Assembly: GCA_002104905.1 (NCBI GenBank)
Contig: MCFE01000103.1
Span: 1-64,000 of the forward strand
Direction: 5' to 3'
Length of the DNA: 64,000 nt
Source of the DNA: Basidiobolus meristosporus CBS 931.73
Lineage: Eukaryota; Fungi; Basidiobolomycota
Below are positions 45,101-58,703 of the stretch, piece after piece. Position 1 is the stretch's first letter. Each line of letters starts with the position of its first letter. The position numbers and the translations under genes were made by a program. The notes under the pieces were generated by a model that saw nothing but the letters and a program-made list of their open reading frames with translations, was not told the origin of the DNA and searched no databases.

Positions 45101-47158
45101 TTTGTTAACCAAGATAATCCCCATTTGGTCTGCAAGCTTAAAAAGTTTCTATATGGTCTCAAGCAATCACCAAGAGTCTGGAATTGCAAGATAGATTCTT
45201 ATTTGGAATATTTGAGTATCAAAAGGAGTAATGCTGACTATAGTATATACTATAGGCCAGACAGAGCAAGTCCAGTTCTATTAGCTCTATATGTGGAAGA
45301 TCTTATTATCACCACCAATTACCTAGAAACCTTGCAAGACACAAAGTCCAGCCTATCTAAGGAGTTTAAGATGTCCAATCTAGGAGAACTCAGTTACTAC
45401 TTAGGGATTAAGTTCTCCATAGAAGAAGTACCCAGACTATAACCCTAAGCCAGTCCAAGTTTATTCAAGATATACTTAAGAAGTGCCAAGCAGAAGACTG
45501 TAAACCAGCAGCTACCCCTATGGAGAGAAACCTTTCCTTGGTCAATGTCATGATCACATGACAACCATGAACACCCATGCCAAGTTTCAGCTTCCTAGCT
45601 CAATTTCTAAGAGATTACTTCTGGAACCTTCTACCACCTTCCAGAAGGTTCCTGACCATTCCAAACCATTGTTACACAATGGAACATTCCATGGAAGCTT
45701 CCCATTGTATTTTTCATAGTCCAGTACCATATATGGATAAACCAGGTCACATGACTTAATCACATGATCAGGTGACCCAATCCATTTCCCTATCCTGTCT
45801 CAGTGTCTTGCCTTCTATATTATTATCCCCAGCACTGCTGCTGTGCCTCACCCCACAACCCCATTAGTATTAGCTAATATCTCTTGGCATCAGTATAGCC
45901 AAAAAGTTTATATAGTCCTATCCCCCCTTAAGTATTCCTCAGTCTGATAAACACAGGTCTTGAATAAACAGCCTTGCCTTGGAAATCTGCCTTGTCTTGT
46001 TGATCCACACCAAAGTCCTTTCTTGGTCCTCCCTTGCCTAGCCCTACTCTCCTGCCTAGTGTCTATTCATACCAGTCAAAACCTGACCAAATCCAGAGAG
46101 CTTGGTGCCATCTAAAGCCCTGACTTTCCTTATCAATATATGGTCAGCAGTCTGAGGTGTATCATGCTTGGAACATGTCCAAATATCTTATATTCAGTGA
46201 GAGCTGTCATCCAACATAATCAGAACTATGGATCTGATCATATTGCAGCAGTTAAGCAGATTTAGATAACTAAGAGGAGCGCTGATATCTGCTAAAGATA
46301 CACTTATAAGGATTCAGAACAGGATCTTTTGGGGTACTCTGACGCTGATTGGGGACAAAATTTGCAAGACAGAAGATCTACCACAAAATACACCTTTCTA
46401 GACTGTAAGGGGCAATTTCCTGGAATTCAAGAAAGCGTCCAACCATAACACTCTCTACCATAGAGGTAGAGTATATGGTAGCCTGTAAAGCTACAAAAGA
46501 GGCAATGTGGCTAAGAAAGCTTTTTACAGTCTTAGGCCTATGTCAAAAAACACCCATTACTTTTTTTCAAGATAATCAAGGATGTATACAATTAGGTAGA
46601 AATCCAACTGTTCATGCTAGAACTAAGCTCAAATATATTAGACATTATTTTACACATGAAGCTAAAGAGAATAACATAGTTAGCCTAGTTTACTGTCTTT
46701 CCAATGAAATGATTGCAGACATATTTACCAAACCATTAGCTAGAGAAAAGTTTGAGTATCTTAGGTCAAAATTAGGACTAGTCAGTACAAACATTTAGCT
46801 GAGTGGGAGTGTTGTAAGAATTTGTAACTCCATCTGAATATTCACCTAACCTAGCCATTTAGATCATTGCCTTCAAACCCTAGCAAGTACCAACCAAATT
46901 CCTTGTTGGGTTTTACTTAGAGTATTTTCACCAAAATATAAGGTTCCCAGAACATGAAAATTCTCAAAGTTGTCCAAACAGCATCAAACCTTGCACACAT
47001 GTTCTTCGGACCTTCCTTAGCCCATGCTACATGTTTGTTATGCTAAGACCATGAAAAGTATAAATACTACTTTTACATTCAATATATCATTAAGTGAAAG
47101 CCACATAAACTACTCGTCCTCCCAAGTCACTTCCAATATCTCCAAGAATCTTACAACA
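42161..47158 (+). mobile_element. Two-LTR Copia element C, non-functional, TSD ACATC
   Basis: LTRs 42161-42510 and 46810-47158 (TGTTG...CAACA), PBS GGTTATCAGCCC, PPT TGAGTGGGAG, gag-PR-INT-RT-RH order, ACATC at 42156-42160 and 47159-47163; RT YVDD changed to YVED; stops and an internal deletion near 44791. Confidence 0.95.
45546..46074. mobile_element. Solo LTR (529 bp, different family) inserted in Copia C RT, TSD GTCAA
   Basis: TG...CA termini; GTCAA at 45541-45545 and 46075-46079; the empty site is visible in the homologous copy near 36690. Confidence 0.88.
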
Positions 47159-49528
47159 ACATCTGCTCCATAGGAAGCTTCCAAAAGGTAAAGCAAGGCC
47201 CAATATTTTCCACACACCAAGCAAGATGGAGTCAAGAATGGATACAGTAGTGGCAGAGATCTATTCATACACCTTTATGTTTCTGTATGGCAACTCAAAT
47301 CCAGTTCCAAACTTGATGCATAATAGCTGTTGATGTGTCAAGTTGGCATTGTCAACAGCTTCTGGATAAATATTCCTACAATGTCTCATATGACTTCCAA
47401 TGCATCTGATGAACTATTGTTGAAGCAACTTGAGTAAGTCAATTGAATAAATAGACATTTAGCTCATCCAGTCCTTACATTTGTATTGTTGCATTTGCAT
47501 GTGAATATTGATTGGTGCCTGCAAGATATACTTTGGGTAGCAGATACTGTGTAATATCTTGCCAACTCATTCAGATTTATGCAGTATCTCAAAGAGCTCA
47601 TTCAGCTTGATACACCCCATAAACAACATGGTCATTTGTATAAGGATATTGTTAAAAAGCAAATGAATTGTTCCCAATGGAAAGCTTTTGCTCTAGTAGA
47701 CACCCTCTAACTTAAGTATCTCCAGTTTCCAATTAATTACATATTCTGGCCAATGGCTTATAGCTTGTCAACTTTGCTGCAACTGCATGCTGACTTCTAT
47801 ATTTTCTCTCTGTAGGAAGATGATATTCTTAGTGTTTGTGTTTGAATAATAATGATACATGTGAGTTATGGAGTAAATCACCTGGAGCCCATATATTTAA
47901 CTGCAATACTGTCCAATGTGCCCAGAAAAGCTGGCTATATTGCTGATGGCTAGACATTGCCAATGCAGTTAATAGTATGTGCTCTGGAAAGCACGCAAAG
48001 TTCATACAGCATTGGATACAGGTAGGTGTCCAGTTTGGATGGTTATTTAGGCCCAGATACCAGTCAGACTACCATCAGATTTCTGCTCTGATACTGTAGG
48101 ATAGGCAACATATGAGGATGATGAGAATCAGCAGCCAGCAGGATTGGCTGGCAGAGTATTTGTTTAATGAAAACTTATCAAGCGCTAAGGAAAAGGCATG
48201 GTCCCACATATCTTTAATGTAGTCCTTGATTCTTACATATTTATAATGTTTACCATCAAGTGTATTGGAGATGCTTATGCTTGATTGATACTGAGTGTGG
48301 TACTTTATAGCCTAACAATATTTGTTGCACTGCACAAGTTTCTTTAGGTACTTGAAAATATCCCAAATATGAATTATGTTTTCCTTTAATGATGGTGGAT
48401 TCCTGACATGTTGGACACCTTTCAATGATGGCATTTTCTGATGAGAATGTCAAGAAACTGTTAACGCATGCTGGTATTGGGATGGTCTCTGGGTCATATG
48501 CTGCCAGCAACATGGCAGCTATCCATTTGTACCATGTGCATGGTAGGTTGCATCCTGGGATGATTTTGGCCAGTAGTACTAAATACTCAAAGCCCCCATT
48601 ACTGATATTAGTGGAAACACACCACTTCTTGAGCCACAACAGCACATCACTCACCAGTAGATGGATTACTGGGCTCACTCGGCTCCTTAAGTATCATTGG
48701 CATTTTTTTTGGGTGTTGTCTCTTCACATGATGGGATTTTGCCAGGCTCATGCAGGGTACTGTTGTTAGGGGAGATAAGCTCACAATCTATCAGTGAGCC
48801 TTCTTCTTCAGAGCAATCACTCTGTGATCCATATTTAGAAGGCTGAGGTGAGCCTAAATGTGTCAGACACCCACCTGACTCAGTTTGTGCAAGGTGGCAA
48901 GTACAGTTAGGTTTGTTCACAGAGCTATCAAGTGGCTGGCAAAATATTGTTGGTGCAGTGGTGACTAATAAATGGTCAAATATGACTTGAGTGGCAAAAC
49001 ACTATTTGTAATCCTGGTAATACTTCCTATGCTATCTGTGTGCTTCATGGCTGAGAGGCATATTGCAATAGCTTACAGTGTTGAGTCAAATAGTTGTCTT
49101 CTTGAGTAAACAGCTTGACACTCAACAACTTAGCATAACTATATCACTTCTTTGTCAAAACTCATGTGAACTGAAGACAAACTTTTATTTGAGATATTTC
49201 ACCTACATGAATGTGAGATTAACTAATGACCCACTATTGTGAGAGTTGTAAATACAGTTGTGGCACCATGTACATGTTGATTTAATAATACATGTAGAGC
49301 AATCAGAATTGCAGGTAGATATACAAAATCTTTGCAGCAAATAAGGAACTCAAGTAGCTCAATGCCACAACCAAGAATTATGCCATTTCCCAATGCAACA
49401 GCAGAGGATCACCATACGTCTTTGAAGCACAACAACAGTGCCCAAAGATAAAGCCCACAGAAAAACCTATCATAAAATGGGAGGGTTATACTATGGTGTT
49501 TATACTCAAGCACAACAATTAAAAGACA

Positions 49529-50460
49529 TTGAGGATATGTGAAACTGTTGAGTGCAGTGATGAAGAGTGGGCAAATATTCAAGAGGCCATTAGTAGTCTA
49601 GCAAGGCATCACCTTAAGGCTAGCATGCTATGGGACCCCCAGGAGCTCAAGGCCCAGCAGAATGCACTTCATGTGTGCCATCACTATGATTCAGGATTCA
49701 AGCAAGCAAATGGATCTTGAGCTAGCACTGGAAAGCAAAGAAAGTATCTCAAGAATAGCAGAAACTATGAGAGACGGAAGAACAACGGTGCCAAGGCTAT
49801 GAACCAGTAGCTTCCTAAAGTGTCCATTACAAGCAGGGCCAAAAGCTCCAAACAAGCCTCAAAGAGACATCAGGCAGCTGTCTCTCACAAGCAGGGCTGG
49901 AAGTCTCAAGAAGCATCAAAGAAGTGTCAGACTGCTGGTAGAGTGCCAGCAAGGGACAAGCAGACAAAAACAGATGCACCAGTGCAGCATTCATCCAGGA
50001 GAAAACAAAATACAATACAAGAAGCACTTGTTCATAGCAGCAGCAAAGCACTTGACGGTGATAAAAACCTGTTGCTTTCTCAGGAGTCAATCACAAGCAG
50101 GGCTAATACCTCCAAGCAAGCAGCTAAGAAATGTCAGGTTGCCCACAGAGTGCTGGTAAGGGACAAGCAGGCCAAAACAGATGTACCAGTGCAACACTCA
50201 TTAAGGAGAATCAGAGCACTATGCAAGAAGCACTTAGTCAAAGAAGCCATGAGAGACTTGGCAGTAATGAAGGCAAAGGTGAAGAGAAAAAGGTCTACCC
50301 AAGCCAGAGACAGGGAAGTGCCAGAATAAAGCTGCAGTTCTTACCAATCAATGCTGTCAGCCCCAAACAGGCAGAATCATATCACTGCCAGGAGGAATTA
50401 CCAACAAGAAAACAGCTGTTTTCTCAAGAGTTGGAAACTAAGCTAGTTGAGCTACACTCC
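49529..50460 (+). pseudogene. Decayed second ORF of the CMC element, Lys/Arg/Gln-rich, with an internal ~205-bp duplication
   Basis: ORFs 49529-49720 and 49820-50329 share one frame separated by single TGA/TAG codons; repeat units start near 49890 and 50095; homologous segment at ~55880-56270. Confidence 0.6.
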
Positions 50461-51923
50461 AGTAGGTAGATGAGATTGCAGTGAATGGCAACATGTCTAC
50501 CACAGCCTCCATGTCCTCCATTTTTGACAGAGTGGAAATCCTGCTGACAGTCAAAGTATGGATGTGCTGAGCCTCATAGAGCCTTGTAGTTCCTACATAG
50601 AGCATTCTTAGCTTGCTCTGATGTCATTATGTTTAATACTGATTGCTGGAACCTTCTGGAACACCATGATCAGTACTTATTTAGCCAGTAAGAGTAGTGT
50701 ATGATGGAGACACTCCCTCAGCAATAAATCATCATCCTTTTTATCAAAATTTGACTTGTTGATCAGAGTGGCTACTGCTACCTGCTACTACTCAAGCTTC
50801 CAATCCAAGACCACTACACATGCTTAGGAGATCATTTTGACTGCCAACTGACCTTGGAGGCACTGCTTGTGAACAATTCTCACAGTTGGTATCTATTTTA
50901 TACTTGATTATTTCAGAAGTTTGTTCTTGTTCACGTTGATACACCTTTCTGTCTTTGCAACTTTCTAAGCAAGATAGTTTGGTCCTGCAGGTGGATCCAG
51001 TCCAGATCAGCCATCAGGATCCTGTCAGGAGACTGTTACAATACCAGCAACTTGGAGTTAATGGCCTTCTACAAAGCCTTATAATGCAATCACAGTGGCA
51101 TATTGCTAACTTTACAGCCTAGCAAAGTTGAAATTATCAAAGTGTTTGTACAGTGTCTTGTCAAGGGTAGCAGGGCATTGTTGCAGTATTAGTGTACTTT
51201 ACAACTATTTGAGTGGATCTAACTGGCCAGTACATCCAATTGCCTTATATGGCTAAAAGCTTGATGGTGTTTTGGTGGCCTCTTTGCAAGCCTCTGATAG
51301 TATTGTAACAGCAGTATGGTGGTCTACAGCTAGTTCTGTATAATGCTGCTGTACCAATTTACCAAATGGTATTTTCCTTTTCTACCTCCCCTTAAGTAAT
51401 TCATATACTGCACTGTAGCATCACCACTCTTAATTTGCTTACCCACTACTATCTTAGGTATTCCACATATAGTCTGAGTTAGAAAATACTATGGCCTCCT
51501 GCTTGATAACCTCCACAAATGCACACACCCGCTGCAACTGATATACTTCTATGACATCAACTTTTGGGATTTTTAGTGTGATACTTGCAAAGTTGCCATA
51601 GATCATGTATTGTTAGTAACATATACATCTTGCAAACCTATGTTTGGTTGCTGCCATTTCTGCCATCATTACCTGCTGAATATCTGAAAAAACCCTTTTG
51701 ATATGTAGCCAATATATTCCTTCTCACTGCTGTATTTTAGTGGGCAGTTATAGGTGTGTTCTGGCTCTTGCTTATGTGAATTCTGCATTGAATGGTGTAG
51801 AAATTGACTTGTGAGCAAGAGAAATCCGGAATACCTTTGTAGAGATTCCCTAATAAAATTAGGTGCTTGTAGCACCTACCCTAACTTTGCATTACTTAAT
51901 TAATTACCCACACATTGGGGATG

Positions 51924-53133
51924 TGTTGTGTTGTATTATGATTAGTTTGGGGCTTGTTCTACAATGTAGAGGCTAATCAACAATATACAACAACTTCCAG
52001 TATGCTAATACTGAAATAGTTTATTGGGAGTTTGATGTACCAATAGAAAATATAACTTTCACCAATTTCCTCAATCTTAGGATCAAAATATGCTGTAGGC
52101 AGTGTTTATCACTTCTACAGCAGTGCTCTGACCTTCTGTTGACTAATGGGCTTATTTACTTTTATAGTAACTTTTCCTTATTTGGAAGTCACTTTCCTTT
52201 ATGAGAAAATATTTCCTAATATGGAAATTCTGAGCTCCCCTTTAACCTAAATGGGTGTGTTGTAGAAGTTTCTAAAGGGGTCTTTAGAGTAAAGGGGCTT
52301 CTTGTAGTGGTCTTTAAAGTGGACTTTACACTAAAGGGGTGCCTAAAGGGGCTTCTTTAGAGTAAAGGAGTTTCTGAAAGGGGTCTCTAAGGGGGTCTTT
52401 AGACTAAAGAGGTGTCTAAAGGGGTGTCTTTAGAGTAAAGGGGCTTCTTAGAGGGGACTTTTCCAACAGAAAAGTGGTAGTTTCTTGTAGAACTTAGATC
52501 AGATTCTTGTGAGCTTAGCAGTCTCTTTACTGATGTAGTACCAATCAAAGTCAGAATACTCAACAGTGCAAGTGATGCAGGGGAAGTCTTATAACCTTTA
52601 AACTTGTAATTGTAGTGTGGAGATTCTGGAAAGAGAGACTCTCCCTGTATTTTTCAGCTGGGGAAGTCATATATATGAAAATTCTGAAGGATCAAAGTTT
52701 TTGGACAATTGCGCAAGCAATACACGTGATACAAAACTAAAATTTTGCAGTGGCGCAGATGAGATATAGGCGCAGCTTCTGTGAAAGTGTCACGTAATTT
52801 GATTGGCTGGTTCAAAAGCTACATGCAATCAAAGTCACCATAGTAATCCTAGCAATAAGGCATAGTATATATAGTAATTGTACTCTTTTGGTCATAACTC
52901 CTTAAGTACTGCTTCAAATGAGCTGTAATATGAAACATGTGTTGGCTACTATGTGTTCTGTATGACATAATATTCTTGTGTGGATTGCTTGTCAGGGTCT
53001 GGAGCATTTGTACTTCAAAGTTGGAAATTCTTGATCTTTCACTTGTGTGTTACAATTGCAAAAGCAAAATAAAGAAATGAGTGCAATATTGGTTTAGAGA
53101 TATTGTAGTAATGGAATACTTTTCATTACCACA
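51924..53133 (+). mobile_element. 1.2-kb insertion in CMC copy 2, solo-LTR-like
   Basis: Absent from copy 1 (empty site near 41969); TGTTG...CCACA ends; tandem repeats 52240-52465, GATTGG 52801, TATATATA ~52865, AATAAA ~53068. TSD poorly preserved (GATG/GACT). Confidence 0.55.
52255..52465. repeat. Degenerate tandem repeats (AAAGGGG...TCTTTAGAGT units)
   Basis: TCTTTAGAGTAAAGG(G/A)G occurs three times, with many AAAGGGG cores. Confidence 0.8.
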
Positions 53134-56100
53134 GACTCTCAGCTTCATAATGCCATAGGCATACATGTTTCCATGTGCACATCTATCCTCAGTGTTTTCC
53201 AACTCTTCCTGGCTGTCCTACATGGGCCAACTCATCAGAGTCATGATAAGGTTCAAGGTACTATTCTTGATGAGATTGGGATATAGTAGTACCTGCAGCT
53301 TGACTTGTCTTCCTGTCTCCCCACAGATCCACTCCACAGGAAAATCTTTAAAGGTGAAGCAAGGTCAATGCACTCAACACACCAAGCAAGACAGAATAGC
53401 AAATAGATACAGTAGCAGCAGAGATCTGCATGCTTAGCTTTATGCTTGTAGTATAGCTGCATAAATCCTGATGCAAACTCTTTGCACAAAAGCTCTAGAT
53501 GTGGCATGTTGGTAAATGTGATCCACTTCTGGGTAAATATACCAACAATGCCCACATATGACTTCCAATGCTCCTAATATACTCTTGGTGGAAATAGCTT
53601 CAGAAGGCCACTTGAATAAATACATATCCAGCTCATCCTGCCCTTGCACTTGTATTGTTGCATATATATATGAATGTTGATTGGAGCCTGTGAGTAGTGC
53701 TTAGGGCAGTGGAAACTCTGTAATATCTTGCCAATTCCTTTAAATTTCTCCAGTATCCCAAAGGGCTCATTTAGCTTGAGATGCCTCATGTACAGCTTGG
53801 CTGTCAGTGTAGGAATATTGTTGAAAAGCAAACGCATTGCTCCCACTGCAAAGCTTTTGCCCCAACAGATACCCTATATTTTATGTATCTCCAATTTCCA
53901 TTTAGTTCTGTATTCCAGCCAATGGCCAATAGCTTGCCAACTTTGCTACATATATGGGCTGACTTCTGCATATTTGCTCTGCAGAAAGATGATGTTCTTA
54001 GTGTTGGTGTTTGCGTAACAATAATGCATGGGAGTCATGGAGTAGGTTCTCTGGATCTCACACTTTTGACAGCAATATTATCCAATGTACCCAAAAAAGC
54101 TAGCTATCTTGCTGATGGCTATGGCATCTCCATTGCAGATAACAATATTAACTTTGAAATGATGGGCATTTACTGTTATCCTGCTGGAAAGCATACAGGA
54201 ATCATCTAGCAACAGATTCAGGTAGCTATCCAGGCTGGATGGTGATTTAGGCCAGATATCAACTAGATTACAATCAGATTTCTGCTTTGATACTGTCAGA
54301 TAGGTGGCAGATTTGGGATGATGAGAATTAGTAGTCAGCAGAATTTGCTGGTAGAGTACTTGTTTGATAAGAATCCATCAAGTGCCAAGGCAAAGGCATG
54401 GTCATACATACCTTCAAAGTAGCCTTGCTTCTAAGCTGTTTGTAATGTTTGCCATTAAATAAAATGGATATGTTTGCGCTTTATTGATGCTCAGTGCAGT
54501 ACTTTGTAGCTTTACAATATTTCTTGGATTGCATGAGCTTCTTTAGGTGAGGTATTACTGCAATACATCTGGATTGTCAAAAATGTGTTCCACAATGGTG
54601 GTGCATTTCTAGCAAGTTGGACACCATGCAATATTAGCATTTTCTGATGTGAATGCCATGCCACTGTGCACACATACGGGTATCAGGACAGTCTCTGGGT
54701 CATGTATTGCCAGCCACATGATGGGTGTCCATCTGTATCATGGACATGGTAGGTTGCATCCTAGGATGATTTTGGCAAGAATTAGTAGTAAGTCCTCAGA
54801 GCCCCCGTTACTGATATTAGTGAAAATGCACCACTTTGCTAGCCACAGCATCACATCAATCATCAGTAGATGAATTACAGGGCTTACTTGACTCCATAAA
54901 GTATCCTGAGCATTTTCTCCTCAGGTGTTGTCTCACTGCATGATAGGATTTTGCCAGGCTCATGCAGGGTATATTTGTTAGGGAAGATAGGTGCACAATC
55001 CATCAGTAAGCTTGCTTCTTCAAAGCTATCACTCTATATGCTATATTCAGAAGGCTGAGTTGAGCCTAAAGGTGTCACAAAATCACCTGACTCAGCTTGT
55101 GCAAGGTGACCAGTATAGCTAGTTGCCATTTAAAAGTATCAAGTGGCCAGCAGGATATTGTCAGTACAGTAGGAACTGATAAATGGCCCAATATAACTTG
55201 TGTAACAAAACACTGGCTGTGATCCTTGTAATACTTCCTATGCTGTCTGCATGCTTCATGGCTGAGAGGCTTGCTACAATGGCCACATGTTATTTTTTAT
55301 CTTCTCTTACAGCATTGAATAAAAGTAGTCTTGACCATGGGGCATATAGTTTGACACTCAACAATTTAACACTATTATGTCACTTTTTTGTCAATACTTG
55401 TGAGTTTAAGACAATTTTGTATTTAAGATTTTGCAACAACATGAATGTAAGATTCAATGATGACCTGCCATATTAGGCATTGCAGATTAAGTTGTTGCCC
55501 CATATACACATGTATATGTAACTCCATTTCCCCCTTAGTTTGACTCACTTCCATTGATATACCACCAAAAATACAACAAAGTTGTCTGATTCCCAACCAA
55601 GCCCCACCACTGACAGCAGCAGAAGAGCATTTGGACAACAACTTGCTTTGATATTCAGTGCAACAAGTGGGGTACAACCAAAAAAGGCCCTGTGAACAGT
55701 AGACTTGTTCTGTTGGATAGTGCTGCATTGAGCTATGAATGCCAAATGATGCTAAAGTGTGCCAGGGAGGCCAAGTGGACCTATACCTGGCCACAGAGTG
55801 CAAAACATGGTTCTACATTGTTATGCAAAACAGCCTCTGTGTTTCACTCATTATGTGCTCTAAATAAACCTCAAAGGGACATCAGGTAGCTGTCTCTTAC
55901 AAGCAGGGCTGGAAGTTTCAAGCAAGCATCAAGGAAATGTCAGACTGCTGGTAGAGTGCCAGCAAGGGACAATCAGGCCTGAACAAATGCATCAGGGCAG
56001 TATTTATCAAGGAGAAAGCATAGTCCAATACAAGAAGCACTCAAACTAAGTAGTAACAAAAGACCTTGCAGTGATAAAGCAAAAGGTAAAGGGAAAAGAG

Positions 56101-57436
56101 TCTACCCAAGCCAGATACAAGGAAGTGTGAGAAAAAAAGCTGCAGTTCTTGCAATTTACCACTCTAAGCCCAAAACAGACTGAATCCCATCATAGCCAAG
56201 AAGAAGTACCAACTGGAAAATAGCTGCTTTGGCAAGAGTTGGAAGTGCAGCCAGTTGAGCTATGCCTCCTGTGAGGTAGATGAGATTGCAGACAAAGGCA
56301 ATTTGTCTACCACAGCCTCCACATCCTTTATTGTTAACAGAGTGGAGCACTCACTAGCAGACAAAGTAACAATGTCAAGAACTCAAAAAGTTATCACAAT
56401 GCCTTCAGTGGAGTTTTGGAACATTTACATGCACACCAAGAGGTTGCAGCACTTCTTCAAAAGCAGTACTCAAGAAAACACACTTGAATATGGTGGGGTT
56501 TTTTGCAATGACTGGTAGATGAGGTACTAGACCTTGAAGTATTGGCTAAAGACCAGGATGTGTGGGAACCAGTGAATGAACAGTGTCATAAAGCTGTAGG
56601 GTCCCCACCAAAGTCATGGAAACAGAGCATTACAGCAGAAATACTTATTGAGTTGTGAATTTTAATGGAGTTATTTGTTGAGTGTAGGGTAGGGCTTAAT
56701 GTTAGTGTAGGATATAGGGACTTGTATAGGCCAATACAATTAGCAATTGAGGTACCACTGAAGTTTCAACGAAAATTAATCAGTTTCTATGCATGCAAAG
56801 TAAAAGGAATGGTTGAGTCAGAAAGTAAGGATTGTGAAAAAGAGGCACTAGCCAATCAATCCACAAAAACATAGGAGGTGATAGAGTGTCTAGGATCAGA
56901 AAGTGAGAAAATTGGCAGAGAACCAATCAAAAGCCACTTTTGTATTATTGTGATGAAAATTTTGATCACATTTTTTGTGAAATCTGGGGTACAATTATTT
57001 TTGACAGTATTTGCACAGTGTCCTGATGAGATCAATGCCTCTTAGTCACAGGACTAAGAGTTTGTGACGGCCTCTTGATGGGATCATCACAATAACTTTT
57101 CATAGGGAGCTTTTGACCATACCTGCATTCTTATTAAGTACCTGCTGGTACACTTTACAGTAGTTTTGACTTTTGAAGCATTAGCACATCAAGATCTAAA
57201 GGGATGCTAAACCCACCTCATACTTTTGTAAAGATGCCAACTAAGTCAGGGATTGTAGCTTAAGAATCATCACTTGCTAAGCTTGAGGCTTTGTACCCAT
57301 AAGATCCAAGCTGAGATAAAACTCAAATATTCTTAGCAAGCATTTGCCAGAGGTTATTGTGCTCAATGAGCACCCTACTAACAAAACACCTGAGAATTGT
57401 TGGACCATGCACTCACTTGAATATAGTCACAGCCTA

Positions 57437-58703
57437 TTACATAGTACTTGGAGGACCATGCTATTCCTAATGAGGCATATGAAAATATTAAGAAGATATC
57501 TGGGATGAAGCCAACAAGTTTGTGATACAGGATTAAGCACTATACCAATTGTTGATGGAAGCCCTGTTGCCTATTGCGCTTTTGTTGCTTTCCTAGAATC
57601 AATACATAAGCTACACAATGGGTATTGAGATCTTGATATTGAAGGAACCTCTGCCCTTGTAAAAACTAAGCTAGGTGGCCAAGAATGAAACTAGATATTG
57701 AGAAGCTAGTGAAAACATGCCCAAGTTATCAATTCAACCAAGGTTAACCACAAAGAACTACTAAGCTCCTTCCCTTGGAGCCAGTAAGAACATTTGAAAG
57801 ATGGGGAACTGTCTTCCTTGGATAACCACCTACTACTAGAAAACACAATTAGTACATATTAGTAGCAATTGAAGATTACACCAAATGGCCTGTATATAGC
57901 TTGCTTCAGTAAACAGTAAGCAAGAAGTTGCAAGTTTCATCTACAATACAATCTGGATAAAGCTTGGATGCCCTTTAGAAATCCTATCTGATGGAGGAAC
58001 AATTTTTGTGGCAAAAACATTGGAAGCCTCCCTGGATATGCAGCAGATCAAACATCTAAAAACTTTGGCATATCACCATATAGCTAATAGAGTCACTGAG
58101 TGGTCTGATAGAATATTTGGTAAATTGATGGCCAACTAAGCTGATGGAGCTCTAAGTAGATAGAATGAATAAATTGACCAAGCAATGTTTCCCTGCAAAG
58201 TAGGGTGTACATCACAACCCAACAGTTACCATTTTACCTTGTGTATGGATGTAAACTAAGGATTCAGGGTGATCTTAGACAGCCAAGACACTTAGACAAC
58301 CTGGTGGATGAGCTCAATGAGCTCTGTGGACAACAACAATTTGAACAAATATGTCAGGAGGCACAGGACAAAATCTCTGAAAGTGAAGAGATAATGAAGC
58401 AGATAATTATAAGACTATATTACCAGAAGCATTGAGAGTTGGGAGCTTTGCATTGTTAAGACACAACACTTGGAAGGGGTTTGAGCCACAATGCATAGCT
58501 CAATTCAAGATCATCAGAGAGTATCCATTTGCAACTAAGTAACTAGTAGATGATCTAGGAAATATACACAAAGATCTAGTTCACAGAGACAGACTCAAGC
58601 TTGCAAGACTTACCAACAATGCTGAAGCATCAAGATGCTGGAGCCATAAGAAAAGAAATTCTGGAGAACCCTCTCACCTTTAGTAGCAAAGAATGCTGTA
58701 ATG
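57437..58703 (+). mobile_element. Older Gypsy element E: integrase region, PPT and first 10 bp of 3' LTR; the LTR continues at 63644-64000
   Basis: Aligns to 62010-63270; the remaining LTR aligns to the D LTRs and ends ...GACTTGCAACA at the last base of the window. Confidence 0.85.

Larger units (their letters stand above)
41026..50558 (-). mobile_element. Decayed CACTA/CMC-type DNA transposon, copy 1 (interrupted by Copia C); termini not identified
   Basis: WCVSTNISNGGF..IIPGCNLPCTWY..ACVNSF..CPTC and SIRAENLMVV.LVSGPK.PSKLDTYLYP match the EnSpm/Transposase_21 pattern; collinear with 50978-56378. Confidence 0.78.
50978..56378 (-). mobile_element. Decayed CACTA/CMC-type DNA transposon, copy 2, tandem to copy 1
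   Basis: Collinear with copy 1 from the GCAGGTGGATCC block to ~56378; FASGFMQLYY...LCCYCIYLLFCLA matches the fungal CMC transposase region. Confidence 0.78.

Noticed and set aside
50560-50780. Myb/SANT-like remnant on - strand (NFDKKDDDLLLRECL)
   Set aside because: Too short and stop-ridden to support a call.
52255-52465. CRISPR-like array
   Set aside because: Eukaryotic context, degenerate variable-length units, no unique spacers, no cas genes.
57005-57020. CACTG-type terminal inverted repeat (…TTTGCACAGTG) for the CMC elements
   Set aside because: No convincing matching left terminus or TSD in this window.
41014-57068. Helitron interpretation of the hairpins at element ends
   Set aside because: No CTRR terminus at the expected distance and no Rep/helicase remnants.
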